A DNA stretch of 64,000 bases from Eledone cirrhosa (GCA_964016885.1 OZ024742.1:266848001-266912000), one strand, 5' to 3'. Shown: positions 1 through 13,790, numbered from the stretch's first letter. The notes: generated by a model not told the origin, from the letters alone. Translations and numbers: made by a program.

Positions 1-1780
1 GGATCTCCTACTTCCTCTCAATGGTTATACGCCCCATAATCAAGATGTCCCCAGATGTATGTGACAGTACAGAGGACCTCCTCAGCAGAATCATCAGTGA
101 GTGCAACAAAAACAGGAACCTATCCAACTGCATAATAGGCAGCATGGATGTGGTATCACTGTACCCATCCATTAACATTGATTTTGCTGTGGAAGAATGT
201 GTGGAGATGATCATTGGGAGTGAGGTGGAGTTCTGCGACGACGACACAGACGAACTGGGCCTCCTACTTAGACTTACCTACGACACTGACTACCTAGACA
301 GCCATGACCTTAGACGTTTCTGCCCTAGTAGACCCATAAGAGGTAGACCCCCCCACCGTAATCTCAATGGCAAAAAAGACTCCCATGGGAAGGTGGATTG
401 GGTGGACCAAAGCTATACGGACCCCCAAAACTATGATCAGGTAAGAAAAATGGTCGCACATGCAACAGGGCTAGTATCAAAACTACCCTAAAGGGCCACA
501 TATTCAAGTTCAACGAGAAGATCTACACCCAAAATGAGGGAGCAGTCATTGGCGTCAGCATAGCTGGTGATGTTGCCAACCTTTTCATGGTATGGTGGGA
601 AGGGAGACTTAAAGATCTCCTTAATGAGAGCTCCATATACCTCATCATGTACTCTCGTTACGTAGACGATATCAATATAGTTATAAGAACATCCCCACTA
701 GAGAGCACTAAAAAGTTTGATTTAGAACGTAGCACAATGGAAAGCATCCAGCAGATAGCTAATTCCATACACCAGAGTATAACTGTAACTATCGACTTCC
801 CTTCCAAACACCCTAACAATAGACTACCTGTATTAGGCACGGAACTCTGGATTAACACTATAGACGAGAGAGCCCAAATTCTCCACTCACACTATGCTAA
901 ACCCATGGCCTCCAAATATCTGATACTCAAAAACTCAGCAATGTCCAGTAGTGCTAAGTTTAATATTCTGATCGCAGATTTGGTACGACCCAACAGAAAT
1001 GGAAAGACACATCCAACACTTCATCAACCGCATGCAGTTCTCTGGCTACAACCAAAGAGATAGAGTCAGAGTATACGAAGAAGCCATGGAGAAGTATAAG
1101 ACCCTCATAGAACTGGACATGAAAGGAATTTGCCCATTATACAGGAGCAAATCATGGAATAGCTTAGATAGGGCTAGACATAAGATAGGGAAAGCCACCT
1201 CATGGTACGACAACCAGAGATACCAGAGTGTCATGTTTGCGAACGCTATCCCTGGAGGGAAATTAGCTAACCAGTGTAGAAAGGCCCTGAGAAAGACCGA
1301 CTTAAAGATTAAGGTGGTAGAAAAGCCAGGAACCACCATAAAATCCCTGATCAGCAAAACCTACCCTTTTAAGAAAACCCACTGTACTAATAGGAAATGT
1401 ATCATATGTAAGGTAAACCCCCTGATAAACTGTAAAACTAGAAACGTAGTCTATAGCATAAGATGTACAGAGGGTACTTGCAGAAACATGACAACAACAT
1501 ACATAGGCGAGACAGCTCGTAGCATAGGTGAAAGGATAGACCAACACCGGGGGAACTAAAAGGACGAAAAAACGGTTCAGTACTATACGAACATGCCAGA
1601 CAACAACACGACGGTAATATAGACAACATAGAAATTAGAATAATATCTAAACATAGAAATGACCCAGCAGATAGGCAGATCAGAGAGGCCAGTGAAATAG
1701 AACTTAGAAGGCCAAGACTAAACAGAAAGAATGAATGGAATAACAACAACACCCAAACAAACAACACTGACCTAAGAGAA
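1..1780 (+). mobile_element. Penelope-like retroelement (RT + GIY-YIG endonuclease), frameshifted, 5' end outside window
   Basis: Consecutive ORF pieces 21-491, 587-1063, 999-1559 carry PLE RT motifs GSMDVVSLYPSI and YSRYVDD, thumb KPMASKY, Cys linker CTNRKCIIC and GIY-YIG motif RNVVYSIRC...YIGETARSIGER; the out-of-frame tail reads RQIREASEI...LNRKNEW. Confidence 0.9.
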
Positions 1781-2015
1781 GTATAAATAAATAAATAAAT
1801 AGATAAATAAATAAATAAATACATACACAAGCACAATAACAACAAATACATATAAACACACACTAGTAAAGATAGAATACATTAACCGATACACAGTCAC
1901 CCAATCACGAACACACATCAAACAAAACACTGTACACACACGCAAACGCATGCGCAAAGAAGACAAAATAAAATAAACAAACAAACAAACAAATAAATAA
2001 ATAAATATATAGACA

Positions 2016-2316
2016 GACTAAATAAAAATGGCGTAGACATACAATGTAACGGGAGGAAACAATAGCACCACTGACGATGTTGCAGATGTGCAACGAAAGA
2101 ACTTTGATAAACTATATATATGTGTTTGTGTCTATATTGTATCTGTATTATTTTTGACCGTCGGTCAGTCAATGGCAACATTGAGTACCGAATAAATTAG
2201 ATTACCGATACAAAAGACACAGAAGCGAAAAGCGAAAACCAACCAAACAGTGAGTGTGTTCTGTTATTAATTCTGGCAATATTACACAAATATGACCCTC
2301 CCCAAGTATAACAATA
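2016..2316 (+). repeat. Penelope terminal repeat (pLTR-like), copy 1
   Basis: Follows the PLE ORF, ends at (TA)n, highly similar to 16478-16794 in the same orientation, and contains a hammerhead-like core. Confidence 0.7.
2065..2110 (+). ncRNA. Hammerhead ribozyme-like motif (minimal PLE type, partly decayed)
   Basis: CTGACGA (2071-2077), stem II GTTGCA-gatg-TGCAAC, GAAA (2095-2098); stems I/III imperfect. Same core at 16537-16564. Confidence 0.55.
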
Positions 2317-2324
2317 TATATATA

Positions 2325-2662
2325 TATATTGAAAGGATAACAAGGACGATTGGTTACTCCTTCATTACATTTATTGGTGGGTAACGAGCGTTTCGATCTG
2401 TATCTAAGGGCGAAACGAAGGCTTTAAAGGGTCCGTCGAGCTGCCGATTATTGAGTCGGGTAAGATCGATACAGATCGAACCTTGAGCTGATTAGTGGCG
2501 TAACGCGCGTCACATACCAATACATGTAATGAAGGAGTAACCAATCGTCGTTGTTATCCTTTCAATATATTACACTCTGTATAGCTCTACACCTCAACAC
2601 AGAAGTGAACCTAAACATCGAGTGCTCACCCGGGTGAAACTGCAGTAACTTCAAGTTACACT

Positions 2663-2665
<3 letters not shown>
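2325..2665. repeat. Fold-back (inverted) Penelope-terminus-like element between (TA)n tracts
   Basis: Arms atattgaaaggataacaa...ttattggt (~2326-2378) and accaatac...cctttcaatat (~2516-2568) are reverse complements; decayed hammerhead pieces inside; tcgagtgctc motif at ~2618. Confidence 0.65.
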
Positions 2666-2757
<92 letters not shown>

Positions 2758-2759
2758 TA
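2666..2759. repeat. (TA)n microsatellite (one of dozens of TA/CA/CT tracts in the window)
   Basis: Directly visible dinucleotide run. Confidence 0.98.
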
Positions 2760-2761
2760 AA

Positions 2762-3540
2762 TGGTGTATCAGAAAAGAAACAGCATTGGGGTCGCAAAAA
2801 GAAAAAAAAGAAAATTGAAATCCAAACTACAAACTACAAGTTTTTCCCTTCGAAATAACCTTCCTCCCTCATGAGTTTAACGCACTTTCCCATCCTTTTC
2901 CGACACGTCCCCATACAAACATACAAGGATTTCCCGAGATTCTCCGCAACTCGGTTGTCACGGCCCTCTTGATGACTTCCGCGCCAGGAAAGCGTGGCTC
3001 CTTTATGGCCCTCTTGAGCTTTGGGAAGAGGGAATGTGGTTCTGTTTTAAGACGCTCGAGGATGGACCGATACACCTGCTCAACCTGCCCTTTCTGGTCA
3101 CTGATAAGCAGCTTCGACACCATCTTCGCGCAGATCATCTGCATACCCAAATCTTCGGTGTTAATCTTCTAAACGATGACGCGGTCCATGTTCAGCTCAC
3201 TTGAAATCAGTCGAAGAGTCAGCCGACGATCGGCACTAAATACCTGGCTCACGCGAAAAACTTGGCATTAGTTCTGCTCGCTGGAGGTCTTCTGCTCACT
3301 GGAGGTCTTCTGCTCTAGGGCCACCTTCCACGTCCTCGCATCTCCCTTTGAACCTTTTGTGCCACCCGTGAGCGCGACATCGTCTCATTTCCGATGAGAA
3401 GATTCCAGTGTTCTGAGTGCTCATGACGGAGATTCCCCCCAGCCGGACCTGAAACTTTAGGCTGGTTCGTTGCTCAGTGCCCATCCCTCAACGACCTAAA
3501 ATTGAGGAGCTCTTAACAAAAGCACATGGAAAACATATAA
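2762..3540 (-). mobile_element. Internally deleted, decayed mariner transposon
   Basis: Minus-strand peptides EQRTSLKFQVRLG, WHKRFKGRCEDVE and MICAKMVSKLL (N-terminal HTH region) join directly to C-terminal LFPKLKRAIK...RF; the catalytic DDD core is missing. Confidence 0.8.
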
Positions 3541-3785
3541 TGGCTGCAGAGAGCTGAGATCGTAGTTATATACTTCCCGGATTGTACAATTTAATTGTAA
3601 TACTCAACATTTGATAAGATGGATTTCACTGATACATCGAAAGCAGTTATATTTTATATATTTTTATACATTAGAAAGCTCTTTTTTGAAAGAATCGGCC
3701 CTCTCAATTTTTCAATAATGTCACTTTGACAAATCAAAGAAAGAAAAAAAAGTAAAACAGATCCTTAAATATATTTTCCAATTTC

Positions 3786-3900
<115 letters not shown>

Positions 3901-4089
3901 GGGGGGGGGGAGGTGCAGGTTCGTGTGTGTGTATATATGTGTATTTGTTGTGTATACAAATATGGTACGTTTCTTTGTGAAGGTTTTGTGTTGTTTATGT
4001 TATGCGTAAATGCAATTCGAATGATTGTGAGTGATGTAGGTGTTTATCTTAATGTTATTTCTTTGCCTCAATCAGCCTTGATCACGCAG

Positions 4090-4184
4090 ATGTTTGATGA
4101 AAGGTGTTTCGACCACAATTATCTCATCAACAATAATGTTCTAATATATTTTTCTTTATCTAAGATAGTATTGTGTGATTTGAG
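4090..4184 (+). CDS. Possible exon encoding the first half of the SEA domain
   Basis: cag|ATG acceptor, open frame MFDERC...KIVLCDL, ends ttgAG|gtattt in phase 2, which would join 6297 to give L-R-NGSVV. No independent homology evidence. Confidence 0.3.
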
Positions 4185-4744
4185 GTATTTTTTGTTACTC
4201 TTCCGAGTAGCTTCAGCGACTGCAGAGAAAATCTCTTCGCTGTTGTGCATTTATTAAACTTGTGTATACATGTGTCTCTATATAATATATAAACTGAGTG
4301 CGTGTTTTGTAGGTAACACATTGCGTATGTATCATAAATTATAAAAAAATCTATGCCTTTGCTCGTATAGTCTTTCAATATTTACACATTTTCAATCTTT
4401 TTCAATAGCACAAATATTAAAAAATAATGATTAATAATTGAGTCAAAGATTAGATTATAATAAATAAAAATATTTATTACATATATCATTAATTAACCTT
4501 GAGCAAAATTTGTTTATTTTATTTCTTTTGTATATTTTTGCAGAAACACCTGCCAGAAGAATAAAATGATTTAATTTTCATCTTTGCTATTTGTTGCACC
4601 ATACATACATATATATCTGCAAGATTTGTGATATGAAATCATGTGTTGAAACAGATATTATTACTCTTTGAAAGCGTCATGCTGCCAATAAAAATACGCG
4701 CACAGGTTGAGTTTCACTTCATTAAAAAAATAAATAATCAGGTA

Positions 4745-5180
4745 ACTGCGGGTGGTAGGATGACAGTATTGGTAGAGGGTCCGATTAAATACCGATTAAA
4801 TGCCATTTAGCTAGGAATTGGTACATTCTGAATACAAATCCTACCACGTTAAACGTTGCTTTTTGTACTTCTGTAGTCGATAAAATAAAACACCAATTAA
4901 GTATTATGGTCGCTATAACCGAGCTACATCTTCCTAAAAATATACTGGCTTGTGCCTTATGTAGAAATCACTATTTATCAGTTACCCAATTCAGTTATCG
5001 GTTGGTTAACAGCCGAACGGGTATTTATTTAATTTTGAAACTATTTCATCACATTCAGTGATATTATCAATGAACGCCGAGGTTGACTTTGCCTTTCATC
5101 CTAACGGGGTCGATAAAATAAAGTACCAGTAATGCACTAGGTAATTGCTGGCCTTGTGCCTAAAGTAGAAACAATTATCA
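4745..5180 (+). mobile_element. Two decayed/truncated tRNA-derived SINE copies
   Basis: Core gactttgcctttcatcc...ggggtcgataaaataaagtaccag and 3' end tggccttgtgcctaaagtagaaacaatt at 5075-5180; more diverged copy at 4745-4975. Confidence 0.75.
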
Positions 5181-5232
5181 ATGAAAGTTTGCCTCTGGTT
5201 AGAGTTACTCAGTCTTATTTCATTTCTTTCTG

Positions 5233-5288
<56 letters not shown>

Positions 5289-5494
5289 ATATTTGGAGAT
5301 GGTCATTTTGCCAGTATTGCAAGTAAAAACACACACGCAACATATGATTTTCCCTTTTTCACTTTATCTTTATTACTAGTTATTGGTGAGTTCATCATAG
5401 TTCTTTCATCACACATTCGGTGATTCCTTAATTACTGTTTGTTCTCTTTCGTGCCTCGACTTTTTTCTGATCTTAATATGTTACACTCGCTTGA

Positions 5495-5540
<46 letters not shown>

Positions 5541-6205
5541 TAAAGATGAAGTAACTCTAACCGGAGGCAAATGCGAGACGACGAGAAGACACATAGGGCA
5601 AAAGTGTTTGATAAGGTCACATAATATGTGATGAAAGAGTTTGCTTGTTTAACCAACCGATGAATGGATTACTAACTTGTTCGATACCAATAAAAGAAAA
5701 ACTGAAGCAAAGCTCAAATGTTGCTAGTACTTTTATTGGCAGCATCACCATGCCAAATTTCAACAATATATATATATATATATATATAGGAAAAGAGTAA
5801 GGACCACGACGGCTGAGCTCCGGCTGTTTCGTCGGCTAGATCCGAACTCACTCTACTATTACCCACTTTACTATCCTAAGCATCGAGTACTCTGGTGCGT
5901 TATGGTCCATCTTACTACACCCTCTTTGTTATATATATACATATATATATATATGCATACATTTATACACACACACATATATATATGTATATATATATGC
6001 ATATATATATACACATATACATGCACACACAGAGAGGAATACGCATATATATATATATATATATAAATGACAGATTGCAGCGATTCTTTGCTTTAACTTT
6101 AATCTGTCATTTTAATAAATATTTGCTCTACGGTTCTTATATATTTAATATATATTTATCCTTATCGAGCCCTCTTTGGATTTTAGTCTTCAAATTTATT
6201 ATTAT

Positions 6206-6272
<67 letters not shown>

Positions 6273-6296
6273 TATACTGTCATTTGGTAATTGCAG

Positions 6297-6451
6297 GAAT
6301 GGAAGTGTTGTTATCAACTACAGTGTGACATTTTTCCAATCAGTTGTCAATGAAAGTATGGTCTTATTACTCCTGAAAGGATTTAATTCTCGAGACAATT
6401 TCAGGATCTCCAAAGTTCACGTCTATGGAAAGCGAGCTTCACTGATCTCAC
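6297..6451 (+). CDS. Coding exon, C-terminal half of a SEA domain (mucin or adhesion-receptor type)
   Basis: Acceptor taattgcag|, donor c|gtgagt; frame reads NGSVVINYSVTFFQSVVNES..., matching the SEA-domain GSVVV motif; phase 2 in, phase 1 out. Confidence 0.75.
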
Positions 6452-7004
6452 GTGAGTATACCTTAGAGAAGAGAAAGATTTATATTGTTCAATTTTTTTG
6501 TTTGAAACTGTTTAAATTGCTAAATTCCAATAACCCTTCTGACATTAGAAACATTATGCAGATCAACGTATTTGCAGCGAAATAGTGAATATCTCGAATG
6601 ATAGTGATAAATGTTGTGGGTTTAAAAAATAACATATATTTCACTTGTCTAGTTCATGGCCTGCAATTTATGCTTACATTACTGTCTAAACCAATTGTAT
6701 GATTGCAGCTGTTGTAAAGGATTGTTAACGTTGCTGATACTGATGCTACTATTGATGATGTTAATTTCATTAATTCACGCTGACTTCGTTAAATTATAAA
6801 AAAATAACGGAAATATAATTTTATGAAATCGAAAATTAAACATGACACACAATTATCAAACACAAGTTTCTATCATTGGTAGATCACACATGTTGCGGTG
6901 GGAAATATAATATCGTTTAACCCAATTTTTATAAATTAGAAGTAAAAATTTTACTAAACATCGGAGGATGGACGAGGTGTCATCATTTTTACATATCACC
7001 ATCC

Positions 7005-7188
7005 TAATAATAATAATAATAATAATGGTTTCTGATTTAGGCACAATGCCAGAAATTATCCCAGTGCAATATTGGTGCTTTATTTTATCGACCCAGTAAG
7101 GATGAAAGGCAAAGTTAACCTCGGTGGGATTTGAACTCAGAACGTAAAGGGCCTTAACTGTTTTCTGCAAAGCATGGTGTCTGACGTT
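7005..7188 (-). mobile_element. 5'-truncated tRNA-derived SINE with (ATT)n tail
   Basis: Reverse strand: B box gagttcaaatcc, core actttgcctttcatcc, 3' end ttgtgcctaaatcagaaacc(att)n. Confidence 0.85.
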
Positions 7189-10100
7189 AATAATAATAAT
7201 AATGATTTCTTTATTGGCCACAAGGGCTGACATCAAGAAAAACATCACAGACGGCACAAGACGGTACGATGTGGGTTTTGTGCGTGTAAAGATTTTTATT
7301 ATTTAGATAAGAAAAGAAAAAAAGGACATATAAACATATATATAAACAATAAAAATGAAAATTGAAACAATGAAAAATTCCCCCTGCGAAAACCACACAA
7401 AAGACCACGGCCACCCTGACTACCAGGGCAAGCGCCCTCTCTCAATTTTTCCATTTCTCAAACTACAGGCGTATATTCAGAGCGGTCCCGTTCACTCGGA
7501 CCATTCTCGTTACATTCACCCACCTTTCAACAAACTTACTAGAAGACAGCACTTGCTGCCTCTCCACCCTGATTTTCCTCTTCAAGTGAAACATGAAAAA
7601 GTTAATCAGGAATTCGCCGAAGAGGAAAGTGTCTGCCTTTAACCCTTTCAACCTTATCCCCCCCACACAATCTCTTTCGCCATGGCCACCAGGCAGATGA
7701 AAACCGCCTGCCCTCCTTCCTCGAAGGAAAACGGTGAGACCATCTGCACAATGGACTCAGTCGATAACCGGATCGGTCCTACACGCGACAGCAGCTGTTC
7801 GACATAGCTCCACAAGTCAGCAATGCTCGGGCACTGGACGAGTGAATGCACGACGGTTTCGTCGCTCTGCGCTCATCTTGGACAGGACTGCTGACGGCAC
7901 TTCCGTGCCTGTAGAGCTTATCTCAAACAGGCAACGCTCCCCGGTAGCACTACCAGGCCAGGGATTTCTGGAAGTTATCCATTGGCCCTGGGCTGAAAGT
8001 TCTCCGGAAGAGAGCAAACAGCTGATCTTCTTCGACGCCCAGGATCTCTCCGAGAACGTCGTCGCTCTTCCCCTCCACTAGTCCTCTATAGAACGCCGAG
8101 GTGGATGTTCTACCGATGCTGGTGCTCAACTGGCAGAGGGCAGTGAACGCCTGGAGACATTCCAGTTTCCAACCGCTATCCCTCAGTCTTTTCCTGACCC
8201 AGGACTGCAGCTCCTTCAAAGAGACGAGCTGTAGGAAAACGTGCCTGGGAAACGGCGACCACACCTGTTCGCCATCAAGGAAGCACCAGAGATGTAGCAG
8301 CCTGGTGAGAGTTGGGCCGGGGAAAGGGACGACGGTGAGGCGGTAGTAGATGATGGATGCGATGTACCCATTCGCTACCTACACCCGGCCTTTCAGGGAC
8401 AGCTTCCTCTAGGCCCATTTCTGGGTGAGCGAGGCTACCCAATCGTCACCTCGCTCCAGTTTTTCTCCATCTAGAGGTCCCGTCCGAACCAGACACCGAG
8501 TAATTTGACCGGTCCGTCTAACGCCACACGACGCTGTCGGACGGCATGGATTTGCTTCTCCAGGTGCCGAGCTGCAAGCCCACCGACTTTTCCTGGTTTA
8601 TCTTTGCTCCTGTCGGATTTTCCGCATCCTAGTTCGCGTGGGACGCCCCAATCGCCCCGAGTTTGTCCACTAACGGCTCGAGAGCCAATACGTACCAGAG
8701 GGACGAGAGGGGAGAACCCTGGCGGACCGAGCGCATGATGCCGAATGGCTGTGACAAGTGACCGTTCACCCTCACAACTGAGCAGATATCACTGTACATC
8801 GCAACGATCCAACCCCTGAAAACGGGCCCGAAACCGGCTGCCTTAAGGACCGCCGCCAGGTACCGATGGTCGACCCTATCGAATACTTTGGATTGATCCA
8901 AGTTGATCAGGGCCCCACCCGTGCCAGGTTCCTTAACCACCCTCTCTACGATGTATCGCATGAGGTGGAGGTTGTGATGTATGGACCTGTCCGGCATGGC
9001 GCATGTCTGCGCCTCTCCCACCAGACCCTCGACGACAAGCGCCAACCTCGTTGCAAACACTTTGGTCAAAAGCTTGAACTCTGCGTTTAGCAGAGTTATG
9101 GTGCTGAAGTTATCGATAACACTCCCCTTGTTCGGGTCTTTTCTCAGCAGCGGCACCGCACTCAGTTGCAGTATATGTCTTCCAAGAGGTCAGCGAACAA
9201 GTCTGGAATAAATGCATAAAGCTGGTAGGGCAGATTTACCCCTCGTGCAGTTAACCATCGCTTCCCGTATTTCACCGGCTGTTATTGGCTTTTCGCAACA
9301 CTGTGTTGCGGTCGTCGAGGTATGCACTGAAGTCCATATCCCGATCCGGCCCTCCACCGCTCCCGAACAGTTCAGAAAAGTGCTGCTGAAAAGCTTCACA
9401 CATCTGCTCGGGTTCGAGCAACATGCACCCGTTTTGATCAGACAAAGACCGAATTGTGGCTTTGTTGCCTCGTCGCGCCTCTGCCACCCGGGCCCATTGG
9501 ACGGCTTTTGTCCCCTCGTGTTTCAGAGCACGCGCTCTAGCTCTGACAACGCAGCCTTCGTGTTTTGCGTTGAAGAATTGGTCGAGTGCCAATCTCACCG
9601 CAAGCACGTCGGTTGCGATGCCTGTCCTAAACGCCTCTTCTAGCTTTCTGACTAACTCTCCCTCTACTCTATTTTCCTCTATCACTACTCCTTTGCTAAA
9701 CCTAATCGACTCTACTTTAATTGCCCTTTTCAGGGCGAACCACCACCTGCTGTTGACGACCGCTTTCGTCAACGCCCGCTTAACTAATACGCTAATCCGG
9801 TTTTTGTAGGCTTTGCGCACCGGGAAAGACGCGTTCAGCTTCCAGTAACCGGGCCCTTGTCTATGGAGTCTGTCTATGTCGATCTCACAGATCACAAATT
9901 TGTGGTCTGTGTAGTCGACTATTTTAAATTGTGGACAACTTATACTAGCCTTATCTAGTTCTCTGCAGAATACCCTATCGAGATATGATCTGGATGACTC
10001 GATGCGGTTTGTCCATGTCCACATTGGCACATTCGGGTGATCCAATCGATACATGTCAGACAGTTCAAAACGTCTGAGCAGGTTGGTGAGGCTCTTGCAC

Positions 10101-12830
10101 CCTCCTCCCCTATCCACTAGCCCCACAAATCCCAGCGTGCATCCAATATACCGTTCCAGTCGCCCACTAACACTAAAGAGCGGGACGTTCCAAGAAAGGT
10201 CTCTAGACGTCTGAAGAAATCTGGCCGTCCTGCCTCTGTTGGGGCGTAGACGGCTACTAGCCTGAAAGCATTGCCTCCGCTGCCGGTCACATCCAGCACC
10301 ACCGACTTACCTTCTGGGTCTAGGAAGATGGCCTGTATGGCGAGATCCAAACCTCTCCGAAAAAGTACGGCAACCCCTCTCCTCATTCCTGGACGGCTGG
10401 GAGATGCGTATACATCGTAGCCGCCGAAGATCGGTGCGAAGGCTTGTGCTTCGGAGATTCTGGTCTTGCTGATGGCCACCACATCTATGTTTAGTGACCT
10501 GAGGTCGTTGAGCAGGTGACCCTGCTTCCAAGATGACCCTCAGGCCACGTGCATTTATACTGCCTATTCTGAGTACGGCCATATTGGATGAGAAACGGGG
10601 CAAGTGAGAAAGGGTCACTTACCTTGATCGTGTGGTGAAGGGACAGTAGAACCGTCCCTTTAGCTGGTCATGGGTGTTTCCAAGAGGATGTCAGTGTATA
10701 TCCTCTTGGTAACCGACCCTCTGAAGTTCTTTTTTTGCCATGTTTATGGCTGTGTACTTTTTGGGGGAGGGGTAATTTTGTTGCTGTTTTCTTCTTGTTG
10801 CTGTTTGGTGTGTGTGTTTTGTTTTGTTTGCGTTGTTGGTGATGCTGGTGGTGGTGTGGTTGTTGTTGGCGGTGGTGCTTGTGGTGGTGATGGTGGTGGT
10901 GTTGCTGCAAGTTTCCTTGCTGCCTTTACCCTTCTTTGTGTGCCTTAGCTTTTGGAGGGTGAATGTAACATTTTTTTTTTTTTTTTTTTTTTGTGGCAGA
11001 CCGTTTGTCACTTCACTCCTGCACCAAACTCCATGTCGGATTCCCTGGCGTCCGGGAGAAGTATATACTCCACGGCTGTTGGTGGTGGTAGTGGAGCCCT
11101 CTTCGGCAATTTTGTTGCTGGTGTAGCTACTTCAAAAGTAGCTATTGGTGTTGCCGCCACTGATGCTGCTGTTTTAGTTGTCCGTGACCTTGGTACGGGT
11201 GCTACGGACGTTGCCCTCCTACTCACCGTGGAAGGGGCTTCTGCGTTTGTTGCCTGCCCTGATCTTGGTAGCACCGGACCAGGTATTAGAAGGAGAGGGG
11301 CCTTCTTCTTCGCTGTCTTCTGCGGGTAAAAGGCCCTGAGGTGACCTTTCGACCCACAGAGATAACATTTTGGCCGTCTTCCTTCTACGCTTATAGGGAG
11401 TTGGAGTCCTTCCTCGATGTCTATGATATTGGGGATAGCGTCGATACATTCCTGGTCAGTTTGTATAAGCATTTGCATGCCTATACCTGACCAGTTCTCT
11501 CTCCCTATTTTTTCTACTTGCAGCATGATCGTCCTGTCCTCGATTCCATCAAGGACAGACGCGGCCAGCCAAGGTATGGGCACGTCGGGTGGGACCTGGG
11601 TCACTTTGACCCTCACAATTTTCTGCCCGCAGTAGGAGGGCACCAAGACTATCTCCTCACTCTCTAGGGTTTCCAAAGAGTGAGATTTCGCCTCTTGGGG
11701 GATGATGGCGAAAAGTACGTCTAGTGTGGAGTACTTTCTGTCTCGGGCGGTGTGGGTTTGGCGCGCCTAGACGCACCCAAGGCCTTTTGGATTTGAGCCT
11801 CCGTGGCTCTCTCCACCCGATGTGACATTTTGCCTACGGTGCGGTAAGTCACCGTCCGTAGCTGCTGGTCCTTGAAAAAATCGGGTGGAGGTTTCATGGA
11901 GACTCTATTGGCGCTTCTTGTCAACATGGCCCTTGCGACTGCGATCTCCTCCTCTGTGAGTAACACTGTCTCGATATTTCGGGCGACACCTGCAAAAGAA
12001 GTGGTCCCTTTTTCAGCAGCACCACTATTGCTGCCGCTACTGGTCTTACTGGTGGTGCTGAGGTCGCTGTTACAGGTATCGATGTCATTGTTGTTGTTTT
12101 CGTTGGTACAGTTGTTGGTGGTGTTGTTGTTGTTTTCATTGATACTGTTTCTGATGGTACTGTTATTGTGGTTGTTGTTATTATTTTTGTTTTTTTTTAT
12201 ACTGTTCCTACTATTATTGTTGTTGTGGCTGTTGTTATTGTCATTGTTATTGTCGTTCTCGACCTTACCGCTGTTACTTTTGTTATTGTCGTTCTCGACT
12301 TTACCGCTGGTATCTTTGTTGTTGCTGTTGTTATTGATGGTGTTGTTGTTGGTGTTATTGTTGGTGTTGTTTGTGTTAGAAATATTTGGTAATTTTAAAT
12401 CTGTCTTTTTCTTCGTAATATTTTCGTTTATATTTACCTCCGCTGGAACGCTGTCTTGTTGACATGCTGATAAAGTCTCCCTCTCTCTCTGTTTATCAGA
12501 TTGTCCGTTAGAAGCCCAATGCTTCCGCTAGCCATTTCTACCTATCTCTTAGCCTACAGCACATTTCTTTATCGCTGTTTATTACGAACAGCAATACAAA
12601 CACCATCTTCTCTCCTCGAGGGGGTAAAAATATAACCTGATTTAAACTGCTATCTTTCTATTTCTTTTATTTATTTTGTTTCTTCTGTCTCTATTAAAAT
12701 GTGTGCTCCAATAAGGAACTGTCACAGTTAATTATTTTTTGTCCCATTTCCCTACTCATCACCATACCCTGATCGACTAAGCAACCATCAAGAGAGTTAG
12801 ACGTTTGAAGCTCACACACCACCCCAGGAA
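7189..12830 (-). mobile_element. Tx1/L1-clade LINE copy A (ORF1 + APE-RT ORF2), decayed with internal deletions
   Basis: ORF1 Thr/Asn-rich N-terminus and zinc knuckle CYLCGSKGHLRAF; APE LRIGSINARGL, VYAPT, GDWN, TDHK, GPGYWKLN; RT DQSKVFDRVDHRYL, RQGSPLS; C-terminal HSLVQC; 3' end cagcccttgtggccaataaagaaatc(att)n. 5' boundary approximate. Confidence 0.92.
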
Positions 12831-12879
12831 CTACCACCACTATTCCTACCAGTAATACTACCACCATTGTTACATAGGA

Positions 12880-13790
12880 ATTGAAAAAGTGCCTTAAATG
12901 TTGAAATCGAGCTTCTTATTTTTGCAGAAGAACAGGCACTGAGAATGAACTATATCAAGCTCAATATTGACAAATTAGTGAATTCCCCACTTTGTAGGCT
13001 GTGTGGTGAGAAAGGTGAGATAATAAACCACTTTATTAGTTAATGTAAGATGTTTACCCAGAAAAAGTACAAGAGAAGGCACGGCAACATTACCAGATTG
13101 GACTGGAAAGGGTTGCTGAAAATGAACAGCATAAAATCTCGTGGGTCATGACAATCCAGTGTGACCATTTTATCATAGCTACAAAGCCCGATATTGTTGT
13201 CATAGTAAAGAAGAATAACAAGGTATGAAACTGAAAGCAGATAGACAGAAAAAATAATGTATGGATAATTCCATAGAGATATTGAAGATAGGAAAGACAG
13301 ATGAAAGGTGATTATAGATGGCTAAACGTGATCTAATCCCTGCTACTCAAGAACAAGCATTAAGAACTAACTACATCAAGCATAGAGTAGACCATATACC
13401 AAGCAGTGACAAGTGTATAATTTATGGTATGAATGTAGACACTGTATGGCATATTACCAGTCAAAGTACACCACTAACTAAGTAAGAATATAAGAGACGT
13501 CACGCCAACATAGCAAGGATACTTCATTGGAGACATTATGGCAAATATACATTTCACAGAACAGAAAAGTGGTACGAACATAACCTTGAGGATGTTATCG
13601 AAAATAATGATGCACAGATCCTATGTGACTTTGTGATACAGTGTGACCATGAGATTGAACATGGGAGACCGGATATTGTATTAACTGAAAAAGAAAGCAA
13701 ACGTAGATATAATAAGGAGTGTTACCTAAGTTCAGTGGTAGTGTACAGCTAACACTATAATACATCTCCGGCATTAGAAGCTGAGCGTGA
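12880..13790 (+). mobile_element. Two decayed C-terminal fragments of R4/Dong-type RLE LINEs
   Basis: EQALRMNYIK...SPLCRLCGEKGE...YKRRH (12900-13090) and QEQALRTNYIK...YKRRH...RPDIV (13330-13690) match the Zn-knuckle/RLE region of the 31228 element; followed by (CTA)n(AAT)n at 13795-13884. Confidence 0.8.

Noticed and set aside
6122-6172. ~50 bp sequence repeated in inverted orientation at ~24100-24150
   Set aside because: Probably two remnants of a dispersed repeat; no evidence that they delimit one 18 kb element.
11872-12462. Hydrophobic Leu/Val-rich ORF resembling a membrane protein
   Set aside because: Antisense reading of the (ACA/AAC)-rich ORF1 N-terminus of Tx1 copy A.
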